NCBI GenBank assembly: GCA_029717555.1
Contig: JAMDHS010000052.1
Coordinates: 124,001 to 160,980, forward strand
Source: Peribolospora baueri
Taxonomy: Eukaryota
DNA length: 36,980 bases
Direction: 5' to 3'
Positions 11,464 through 22,300 of the stretch are shown here, piece after piece. The notes under the pieces were generated by a model. That model saw only the letters and a list, made by a program, of their open reading frames with translations, did not search any database and had not been told where the DNA came from. Position 1 is the stretch's first letter. Each line of letters starts with the position of its first letter. The position numbers and the translations under genes are program-made.

Positions 11464-14400
11464 TCAGTCGACATTGTCCATCGACAAGGCGAAGGCTCCG
11501 ACAGAGAAAGAGCCACTCCATTTGCTAAGGGTGGGACGTCGTTTCACGAGGTCGAACAGCTGCCGAAGGCCGTCCAAGCCCATGCTCTTGCTATTTCTAT
11601 TGCTGCGGTCCGACGGCGGCGGTGGAGACCTGGCGGAGGAAGAGCAACAGGATTGGAAGCCGCTACCCCTTCGTTCCACGCCGGGCGTTGCTCTGCACAG
11701 CCAAAGGAAAGACGGAGCTCCCGTCAGCGAGACAGAGCCGTGCGAATGCGTCGAACCATCATAGGACTGCACTTTCTCGACAACGGGGAAACTCGAATAT
11801 CGCGCTCACAGCAAGAGACGTTCATACATGCCCGCCAGCTGCTCAGAATTGGCCGCCGGATCGAACAGCACTTTCGTCTGGCTCCTCTTGACACCAGCGC
11901 CGGCACGAACTCGGTCGTTTCCTTTAACATCCTTCGCAACGGCGGTAGGAACGGTGCTTGAGGCATGCTTCTCCAGCGACGCTGGCGGTGGCGGTCCCTC
12001 GTTCCCGTGGAGTGGGAAGTCGAGCTTGTCCTCATCTCCACTTCTCATACCATCACCTGACCCGGGGACGGTGATGAGCGGCATGACAGGACAGGCCAGG
12101 CGGTCATACTGATCAACGCGGTTTGCCGCATAAACCTCTGCTCCCTCCGATGGAGGAAAGGGAGAGTCGCCGGAAATATGGAAATGGCGCGATGGAGGTG
12201 AGGAGAATGTGGGGTCGCCAAAACCTGTGTGGTCTGACCTCGGGACCTCTGAATAACGGCCTGAGAGGGAGTTGTGACTCCTGCCGGTACATGCTGCTAT
12301 GTCCTTGTCAGAGCGGCACGCTTGCGCCTCTTGAATGAAAAGCTCGTGCTCCTTTGGCTGGTTTGAAATGATGGAGCAAGCCGATGTGCGACTCGCTCCG
12401 ACGCCGAATCCATGCCAGAAACGGGGAGAGGCCCTCGAGGGATGACTGCTGTCTGCCGATGAGGCTGGCAGCAGGGACGTCCTGACCTCGACCGGCGAGG
12501 AGGAGCGATGCGGGCGGGCCAAGGGGTTGATGGGCAAAGTGCGAAATAGCCGCGAGGCGAATGGAGGAGCTGAAGAAAAAAGACGCGAAGAGACGATAGA
12601 ACGCGCATTCGAGGGTCCGATAATTTCATCGGACCTACCAACAGAAGGCCGCGGAGACCTTGAAGGAGGTAGAGACAGGTGAGTGACACCGCCTTTGGAA
12701 AGAACAGACCGGCGGCCGTCTTCGACTACTTCGGCAACATTGAAACTGAACAGGATTCCTCGATTCACGCTCGTGCCGGGCCGCGTCGCTTCAGCTGCAT
12801 GAGCTACGTGACTCTCAAACGCTGGCGACTCTGGAGAATCGATGTGAGGTGGCCGAACGACGTATAAGCATAGACTCCGCACTAGCCTCATAAGCTCACC
12901 AAACCGCGCTAGCACACTCACCAACCTGGTCACCCAAGAATCCCCCCTGCCCTTTCTCTTCCTCGTCGCCACCGTATGAAGATGTAGGCGAGTCGGGAGA
13001 AGGCGGCAGGGGTTCAGTGGGCGCCGGTATGCCGAAGTTCACGCGCAACGTGTCGAGCGCGGACTCCTTTGACGCGGTGGCCCCAGTACGGCGGTGGCCT
13101 CTGGCACGGGTGGCGCGGGGATCTGAAACGGGGAGTGGGGGAGAGAAAATGGTGAGCTGCATCGCATTTTTTTACGCAAATGATTGGGGCGAGATTCTGA
13201 CGTTGCGAGGCTCGATCATATTGCTCGCCTGTTTTGCCCTTGCTTGAAGCTGACATCGAAAGGTGGATACCGAGCGAGCCGTCACGCCTGGCGGTTGCAG
13301 CCTTGTCAAACAAAGGTCGAAATCCCTTCTTCGGAGAGAGCTTTGATCCTTGAGACTGCTGAGCCTCCCGTGCGATTGTGTTCTTTAGCCCTTGGAGACC
13401 ATCGCACGGAGAGGAAGGTGGACGTATGTTCTCCTTCTCATCGGCTCTCTCCGCTCCTCCGCCATTCACTCCAGAGTTTCCATCGCGGAAAACAACGGCC
13501 CAGCGAGGCCTGGCCCCACCGCCCCTAGCAGGCGTGGTCGGAAGCTTTCGGAGCGAGTCGGCGCCAAGGCAACCGCCTGGGAGGTCGGCTCCAGCGCGCT
13601 TCCTCGTTTGGAGAGCTTGACTGATGAATGCAGCATTGCCGGGTGCTGTGACCGGATGTGGAGAGACTCTCTTTCTTCTGAATGGAATCTTGCCTGGCGT
13701 CATTACGCAACAGGAAACACGCGGTTTGCGTCAGTCCGCACAAAAAGGCAGATTCGTCGTGCAAAAAACTTTGACTCACCCGGACCTGCTTTCAGAGGTT
13801 TGGAATGTGCAAATTGATCTTTCTTCTGGACCTCCTCGCGCGACAAGCTCTTTTCCGGTGCAGCATTGCCGGACTTGTCCTTTTCCTCGAAAGGCTTGCG
13901 ATCCAGAGGTGGCGTAGCGTCAACGGAATCGACAGAGACGTCGTTCAAATGGAGGTCCGGGGCTGGAGGCGTAGGTAAGGCTGGTGAAACGGAACTGGCG
14001 GGGTGTTGGGAGGAGGCAAACGCAAAGGCGTCCTGCAGACGGACCGGATTGACCGGCGTGACTTTGCTGTCCGCGGTACCTGTCTCAAAGTAGACAGTGA
14101 GACGCGTCACACGACCATACGTCCGGTCCTGACGACAGACTCACTTATGGCCACCGCCGCGGGCGGATCGAAATAAGCGTGCAAAATCGCCTCAGGTCCA
14201 TCGATACGACGCCTCGGATCGGGTTGGAGCATGCCCCGGAGGAGGTCTTCCAAGTCTGTGAAACATACAAGTCGGTCGTCAGCGATTGGGGGCCTGTCCT
14301 ACGCTTCAATACTTTCGCGAAGAGACGAGGGAGTGGTCGAGACACTCACCTGCTGGCATGGACCACTCTCCGATCCAATATCCAGAGACGGTGCGGAGGT

Positions 14401-15893
14401 AATAGACCTCGAGGTCTTCCTTGGTCGAGAACCTACGAGCGAACGAGAGTTGCCATGAGGATCAGGAGGACAGACGATGTCCCTGCAATCTGCTCGACCG
14501 AGCCGTCCCGATAGCCCATCACGAACCTTTTGACGCGCACAAAAGTGCTAAAGGAGAGGACGGAAAAAAGACTCACTTCTCCATCTCTCCATACTCGAAA
14601 GGCGTCCTTCCCACGGCGATCTCGAAAAACGTCACTCCCAAGCTCCAGACATCCGCCTTTCGCTCGTCGTGCAGATCGCCCCTTGCCCTTTCCGGGCTTA
14701 GGTATTCGGGCGTGCCCCAGCTGAGCATAGATTGGAAGGGCTTCCTCTCCCATTGTTCGCGGACCGAACTTGGCGGCGAGGTTGCGATGCGCCGGGTCCT
14801 CCCCTCTTCGCCCACCTTCACATCGCCCTCACCCTCATACACCTCCCCATCGAGCTCGTACATCTGTGCAAAACCAAAGTCGACAAGCACAGGTACGTCC
14901 TCTTCAGACAACAAGATATTGGCAGGTTTGATGTCGTTGTGCGACACGCCGCGGGAGTGGAGGAAGAGGAGACCGGAGAGGAGCTGGCGGAAGTAGCGCC
15001 GGCAACGCGCGAGAGGCAGTCCGACGGGCATGGGGCACGGGAGATAGCGCATCACTATCAGGGCGTAGCTTGGCGTCTTCGTCGCGGAACGGGAGGTATA
15101 ATGTTCACGTTAGGCCTTGCGCGATTCCGGAGACGAGTCACAAAGGAAATCAGGCATGGACAGCGACGCACGATGATAAAGTCTTGAAAGTCAATGATGT
15201 TCGGATGTGGCTCGGCCTTGAACCTGCGCAAGGTCTTGAACTCTGTCCACAGAGAGCGGATTCTGGCTGCCGTCGTGGGCGTCTTGGAGCGGTGAACGAG
15301 TTTGATCGCTACCTGTGTAGTAGCAGTGTGACAAAGGAAAGAAACATTTCGGGAGATGAGCAAGGTGTGTAAAGAGAATGAGCTTAAATAGCGAACTCTA
15401 CCACCATACCAAGTTGAGGATGAGACCACTTACCTTACTGTCGCCATCCTGACCCCAAGGCCTGCAAAGCCACACGCTGCCCCAGTTGCCAGCCCCCACC
15501 TTCGTGACATTAAAAGGGAAGAGGGTCGTAAGAGGAGGCCGAAGTGGCGTAGCAACGATCAGCGATGCCTTCGAGGTCTTCCAACCACTCCAACTCTTCA
15601 TATTCCTTGCCCCTTCGAAATTCTCCCTCCGCCTAACGACTCACCTCCTCAATGAATTGATAGCTCTCACTGAGAGCCTGATTTGACATGCTATATACGT
15701 TCTCCAACGGCATAGGATGACGCGGCAGTACCTGTTCAACTTTCACCTCACGCCTAGCCACGGAGGCGTTCATCCGGCGCTTGTCCGGGAGATCGGCAAG
15801 GCGGCTGACCGACGGGGGAGAGCGAGCGTCGACAAACTGCTGGACCATGGACATGATGGCCCTGGGCGAGTGAACCATGGTAAGCGTCGCCAT
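11464..15893 (-). CDS. Ser/Thr protein kinase (N-terminal catalytic domain, long low-complexity C-terminal tail), multi-exon; 3' end uncertain
   Basis: Spliced exons give YQFIEE|VGAGNWGSVW, VAIK, HPNII, HNDIKPANILL, VDFGFA, WGTPEYLSPE, DVWSLGVTFFEIAVGRTPF, DLLRGMLQPDPRRR. In-phase exons continue to ~11830. The stop could be 11806 (unspliced), 11724 or 11464 depending on the last splice. Confidence 0.85.
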
Positions 15894-16902
15894 CGTCACG
15901 GCCAAGTATGCGTGCACCAAACTGCGGTGGTGTGGGAGCTGAGCACGAACGGTGAGGACTGTGCGACCGCGGCGCTGCTTGTTGTCGAAAAGTTAGAGGA
16001 TAAGTGGAAGAGGAAAGAAGCCGAAGAGGAGTGGAAGGGGAAACACGGGCGGACTGTACGATTCGGAACAGAGGGGAGAGCAACAACAACGGTGAGGCCG
16101 CCTCTTGTTATGTACGAGGGAAGGCAAGCGCTCCGACCCGAGAGGTCTCACACTGAGGAGAGCCGGGTTTGAGCATGGTTGTTGTTTTGGCTGTCGATGC
16201 CATGTTGTCGATGTTGTTGTTGACGTCCCTCCCTTGCATCCATCGCAGCGAGGCCGGCGGCCGATGTTTACGCTCACCCGTCTGCTTGTCGCGAGGTGTT
16301 GACGACAGGCGACGCGAGCATACACACACCGAGCGGTGTCCTCCCACGCGGCGTTTCCAGCGCCCGCCGTCGTGCCAGCGGCTTTGCTCCGACACCAGAA
16401 ACGTGCCCGCGGAGCTTGAATGCTGCACCTCTGATCCGAGCAGGAGACGTGAAGCGGTGATGGTCTGCGTCGTGCACTGATGCTGTGAAGGGAAGGACAA
16501 GATGGCCTCGTGGAGACCTCGGCGTGCCAGACCAAGAAGGAAATGAAGATGGACAACGCGAACGTCGAAGCGGCCACAACGCGTACTCTGACGGTCATAA
16601 CTCAATAGTGAACGTCGTCTGGTCAGGCTGTAATTTCTCTCCACCTCTCCTCCGCTCTCGGTCCATTTTCCCAGCCGGGACAGCTTGGATCGAGAAAAGC
16701 AAGCCACGGTGGGAGATGGGGTCAGAACCTGGCCTTGGACTTGCGCAACGACGCCCGCCAGCCGGCCAACCTCAACGTCACGCTGCCGCAGTCGCCGGCC
16801 AAGAAGATCCGCCCTCGTCGGTTGGGCTCGGACTCGATCCTCAAATCCATCTTCCACCAGACCGTCCCCCGTCTCCACCTCAGTGAGCGCACCTTGCCCG
16901 GC

Positions 16903-18328
16903 ATGGCCGCAAGAACCCTTCTCCGCTCTCTCTCCTCCCTCCCATCCTTCACCCCACCGCGCGGCCTCCTCTTCCGCGCAGCCTCGACCGAGGCGCCCGC
17001 GACGGCCGCAACTGCCGCGCCTGGCAGCGTCATTGGCAGTCAGAGCGTTAGGAGACCTGTGGTGAGTTTGTGTGCTGAGGAACCGGGAGGAGGTCTCGTC
17101 CGCCTTGTCGGAAGAGGTGAGAAAGGAGGAAGAAGTCAATGGAAGGCCTTTGGCCGAGCGAGGCAGGTTTTCCACGCCAGCATCGATCAAATGGAGGGGG
17201 ATAAGCGGACGGGTCGGACGGACGAGATGGATGAAATGCTGCGACGGCCAGACAGCCGGGCCATATTGGTCCGACCCCATCAGCGTCGTTGGCCCGCAGG
17301 ATGTCCTCACGAACGCACATGCGCATGTCTCTGAGCTCACCATCGCGTTTTCCCGCCTCGCCTCTGGCCTCGCTGTCGCCTTTCCGGATCGACGACCACG
17401 GCGCTTCCTAGGGAGGTTTCCGTGGAGGGTAAGCACCAGAGCCGTGGCAACCTAGGCGTCACTGCCAACTTGCTTTCACCTCGCTGTCGCGTTCCATCCT
17501 CGAGGGCAGGAAGATGATCGGGTCTCGAGCAAGCTCAGGACTGACCACTGGGCCACTTCTACTCTCTACAGCCTCATGGGATTTCTCCTCGGCTTCGGCA
17601 TTGCCTCCGCGTATGGTTACTACTACTTGCTTGAAGAGGTGGGTTTGTTTTGAGTTCCCTTCTTTTGCAGATCCTGGGGACATCAGCCACCTCTCAATGG
17701 CCCGCTGAATCGTCCCCCGTCCCCGCTCTCCCCTTTCGTTCTTACCTCGGACCGTCGGCAGTACCACTCCGCTTCCAGCCTTCTCTTGACGAGCGTCGAG
17801 GAGCTCCAAGCGAGCACGCAAAAGGTGGGCTTCTTGTTCGCCTTTCGAATTTTCGGCTTTTCTTTTAATCTTCCACTCTCGCCTTCTCTATCTCCACTCG
17901 ACTCAAACTGCTCCTCAACAGATGGCCTCCCACGTCCGCCGAATCGAAGTGGTGGAAAAGGACCTCAAGGCGCTCTCCGACGTGGCCTCGACGAAATCCG
18001 ATCGGGACGATTTGCGAAAAGAGCTCAAGTCGGTCTATGAGGGGCTTCATGAGGACGTGCTCGCGCTGAGGAGCAGGCTTTGGGGCGTCGGTGTGTGCTT
18101 TTTCCTCGAATTTGTTGCGTTGACCGCATCTGCTGTTGCACGCTGTGCATGTTTCGATTTGCAATCTCCGGGACCGTTCAAGCGCTCACTCTCTCCCTCA
18201 CGCGCGTTTCCTGCCTTACATGCTCTCGACCGTTATGGGGATCGTCTTCCGGCCGGTCTTCCTTCGTTCTCGCAGAGAAAGACGTTCATGCGGCGCTCAA
18301 GGACCAGAACACCACCGTCCGAATCTGA
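16903..18328 (+). CDS. Small mitochondrial-type single-pass membrane protein with C-terminal coiled coil (175 aa), function unknown
   Basis: Six exons: 16903-17061, 17412-17428, 17572-17638, 17762-17824, 17922-18090, 18276-18328. All introns are GT..AG and the total is 528 nt in one frame. Protein: Arg/Ser/Leu-rich presequence MAARTLLRSLSS, then RRPV|GGFRGG|LMGFLLGFGIASAYGYYYLLEE|YHSASSLLLTSVEELQ, then heptad-like helix to ...TTVRI*. Confidence 0.85.
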
Positions 18329-19326
18329 GCGTCAATGCCAGGCGTCCTCGAAGGCAAAGGGAGGGACTCTTGAGGGTTATCCGCTGTTTGTCGCAGTGGA
18401 ATGACGAACGAATGTCCACAGGACTTAGAATTGCATGTTTTGTCGGAACGGGCTCATATCTTTGGAATGGAACTGGCAGGCATCTCACGACGTGCAACAA
18501 CAAAACTGTTTTACGAGGAGGATTATCCCCGGATCTGGGGAGCCGGGACGGGGGAAGGCATTTTTTTAATGAACCGTTGAACTTTTTTCGCAATGACAGA
18601 GAAGAGATTGGAACCAGATCATTGCGGTGAGTGACGGTGTGGGTGTGAGCTGGATCATTTACACTAGAGGATGTGCCTAAAATGCAGGACAGGAAGGAGG
18701 TCGCGGTCTGAGTGAGGGCAACGATAACCAGAAAGACAGGGGAGATGGATAATCACGGAGGATGCTCAACGTTATGAGAGATGGATGTCAGCCTTACGGA
18801 AGACCAACCGCGGCCAACGTCCTCACCTCGCCTCGACCTGATTCAGAAAGTAAAAATCTATAATAAAGCTCTTGAACTAGCCCACTTTCGTCCCCTCATA
18901 AGCCGCGTCTAGCTCTGCAAGCTGACCGATCCTGTTGTGCTTCGACCACAGATACAGGAAGAGACACATAAGGGTGAGATCCTGAGAGTTCACTCATGTG
19001 CGAAATGTCGACGGGATCGAATATCACCGGGATCTTTCTGAGTCTTGCCCCAACGCGTTTTCCTTACTGTGATCTACTTTTGTCCTCAGTTGTGGCCTAC
19101 CTTGTTTGAGCTAGCTCTGCTCTCAGTGCATCTGTAGCATGCCCTCCTTATGGAAGGCAGGTAGGCCGACGAAAAAAATGGCATTCTAGAGGCTGCGATG
19201 ACCGGTGAGGCTCATCGACAGCGACTGCACAGCTGTACTGGTACAAGTGAGGAGGAAAGTTAACACCAGTCGAGGAAAACGCGATTGTACAAACAAGAGA
19301 AATCCCGGCTAGGTCCACCTTATCCA

Positions 19327-22300
19327 CTACGCGCCACCACCGCCCTGCTGCTCTCCTCCGCCCTGTCCTTGACCGCCCTGCTGCTGTTGCTGCTGTGCAC
19401 CCAGGCGGGTCAAGATGCCGCCAGTACGTCGCGTCGATGCCCCGCCTTGCTGACCTGCATTCCCGCCGCCAGCGTTCCCGCCACCAGGCCCTCCCCGAGC
19501 TCGCTTCGCAGCGTGATCGCCGCCCTCCGCTCCGGCCTGAGCCTGGCCTTCCGCCTGAGCGTCCTCCCGCTGCCGCTTGCCGCCTATTGGAGGCGTCGTT
19601 CCGCCTTCTCCAGCATCCCCGCTGGGCGCTGGCGAGCTACTAGCGGAGCCGGCTTGGCCCCCTGCTTGGTGACCACCGCCTCGACCACGTCCTCTACCTC
19701 CGCCTCGTCCTCTTGCGCCGCCGCGAATAGAAATGCCTCCGCCTTGCGTCTGCTGCTGCTGCTGTTGTTGACCGACTTGTGGCGTTGTCACAGCTCCGAC
19801 TGATGCATCTTGCGGCTTGCCTGGCAAGGAGGTAGGCACAAGGCTCGGCGAGGACGTCGCTGGCGTCGTCGCCACTGCAGGCGCTGTAGAAAACGCAGGA
19901 GAAACGGGGAAGGCGGATGCGACTGCGGGCATAGCAGAGGTGGTTGCAGGCATGGCTGCGAATGGCGAAGCGGAGACAGGGCCAGCTCCGAAGGCAGAAA
20001 TAGGAGCGGAGGTCGTAGCCGGTGGTGCTCCCGCCAATGCGGTCGCAGGCGCACCTCCATCAGCCGTCGTCACTGGTGCCGTTTGAGCGGCTCCAGATGA
20101 GGCCTTCAACTTCTCCTCCAGATCCTTGACCTTGGCCCTGAGCTTCTCCATCTGGTTGTCCTTCATCCGGTAGCGCAGATCGAGTTCCTTGCGCACATTC
20201 GCCACAGCCGTCTCTGTGTGAGCCTTTGTTTCCTTCTCCTTGTTCGCCAAGGCATTTTGGACCGCTGCTTCCTTCTCTTTCTCCCGCTCTTCCTGAGCTG
20301 CAGCAAGTCGCTCTTGCACGATTGCTTCAACGTCGACGGCAGGCGCGGCAGCTGGTGTCTCCGTCGCCTGGGCTTGTTCCAGAGCGCTCTGAACCGCAGC
20401 CTTTACCGCCTCATCGTGCTGCAAAGCAGTCTTACAGATGGCTTCGTTGTCCGACTCCAGTTTATCTTGAGATGCACCCTCGGAAGCAACTTTCAGCGCT
20501 TCCTCCAGCTCTTTGATTTTTGCTTGGGCAGCCTTCTGTAGACGACAAACAGGAATAAGTGAGCGATGGACCGCGATCATTGAGATCGCAAAATTACTCA
20601 CGTTGCTCTTGAAAGCAGTGAAAGACTTCTCCTTGATAACCTGTGATATCCAGTAATTCGTGAGTGCCTCGCTCGTGCGCAGAGGGGAAGAAAGACACCT
20701 TACCTCTTTCTCTTGAATCTCCTTCGCTACGGCAGCCTCGAGCTTCTGCTTCTCTTCCTCCCATGCTTTCTTCGCCTCCTCCAGAGCCTGCTCTTGCGAT
20801 TCCGCGGGGGGCTGGGCGGTCTGCAGCTCCGCTTTCTCAGACTCGAGCCTCTCCTTCTCCTGCTGCAACCTGTCGCGCTCGGCGCGAAGCTCGTTCTGTC
20901 CAATCGATGCGACAACGCGAACAGCAATCGTCAACGAACACTATCGAGGGAAAGCCTACAGCAAGCAAGCACTCACCAAGACAGTCTCGTTAGGGACTTC
21001 TTGCTGTCCCTCCTTTTCTTGTCTCTCTTTCGCTATGGCAGCCTCGAGCTTCTGTTTCTCCTCCTCCCATGCTTTCTTCGCCTCCTCCAGAGCCTGCTCT
21101 TGCGATTCCGCGAGGGGCTGGGCGGTCTGCAGTTGCGCTTTCTCAGACTCGAGCCTCTCCTTCTCCTGCTGCAGCCTGTCGCGCTCGGCGCGAAGCTCAT
21201 TCTGACCGGTCGATGGGAGAAGGAGAACGATGATCGTTAAGGGGCTTTTTCCCTTTTTTTCCCTTCCTGACGAGAGAAAGCCAGCAGCAAATGAGCACTC
21301 ACCAAGGCAGTCTCGTTAGCGACCTGCTGTTGTCCGATCCTCTCCTCAAGCTCCTTCTTCAACTTCTCGTTCTCCGCCTTGAGGTCAGCGATCTGCTTGT
21401 TGAAGTTCGCAAACCTCTCCCGAGCGTCTTTCTGAAGAGCGTTGTACCTCTCCTTATACTGCTCAAGAATGGTCCGGAGTTTCGCATCCTGCGAAAGAAA
21501 TGGACCCACACACCAAGACGATTGTGAATTGCGGAGATAATAAGCTTCGAATGAGCCACAACGTTGCGAAAACTCACCATTGACTTAACATTCTCGACCT
21601 CGCTTTCAAGAGCTTCCTTCGCCTTAACCGCTTCGTCGCGTGCCTGCTCGGCGAGCTGTGCGCGCTCCTCTGCCGCCTTGGCCCTCTCCTCGAGGTTCTG
21701 CAGTTCGGCAGGGTCGATACGCTCGTACTTTTGCAAAATCTGCTGGGTCCGGCTCTTCCACCTTTGGTTATCCTCCTCCACCAGCCGGATCTGCTGCTCG
21801 CGCGTCTCGAGCTCAGCTTGGGCGTTACGGAGCTGCTCCTTGATCGGGTCCAGCTCGGCTGTCGTATCGCGGAGCTGAGCTTCGAGTTGAGCGGCACGGC
21901 GGGAATGTCGCTCGCTCTCTTCGCGCAAAGTCGTGTTACTCTCGCGAAGGACATTGAGCTGATTGATCTTGTCGATGAGCTCGGCGTGCTGAGCGGCCGA
22001 ACCGGTCGAGTCGGCCGCTCGCTGCTGCTCCTCGACCAGCTGCAGACGAACCGCGTTGAGGTTCTCATAGGCATGCTCAAGCCGTTGCCGCAACCGTACT
22101 TCGTCCTGCCTCTTCAGCTCGATCTGGAGGTCGGAGAGCTCCTTCTCGCGCCGCAGGTAGCGAATGACTTCTTGCAACTCCTCCTTGGGCGCACGGTCTG
22201 TAGCCGCCGCCTCGACGTCCGAAGTCGCGGTGGCGCCAGATTGGGTGGCTGCTTCACGAATTCTGGACGCTTGAGCAGTGACTTGCTCGAGCTGATTGTG

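Noticed and set aside
16108..17436. 442-aa minus-strand ORF
   Set aside because: Non-ATG start, no recognisable motifs, antisense to the spliced + strand gene; typical GC-rich shadow ORF.
18878..19184. Possible two-exon ~62-aa minus-strand gene (MPFFSSAY...NK|DLTLMCLF...KVG*)
   Set aside because: It can be spliced in frame, but the branch point is weak and the peptide resembles nothing I recognise; likely chance.
20713..21240. 175-aa Leu-rich plus-strand ORF with an internal repeat (LRR- or TM-like)
   Set aside because: It is the antisense reading of the Glu/Lys/Gln-rich duplicated MLP1 exons.
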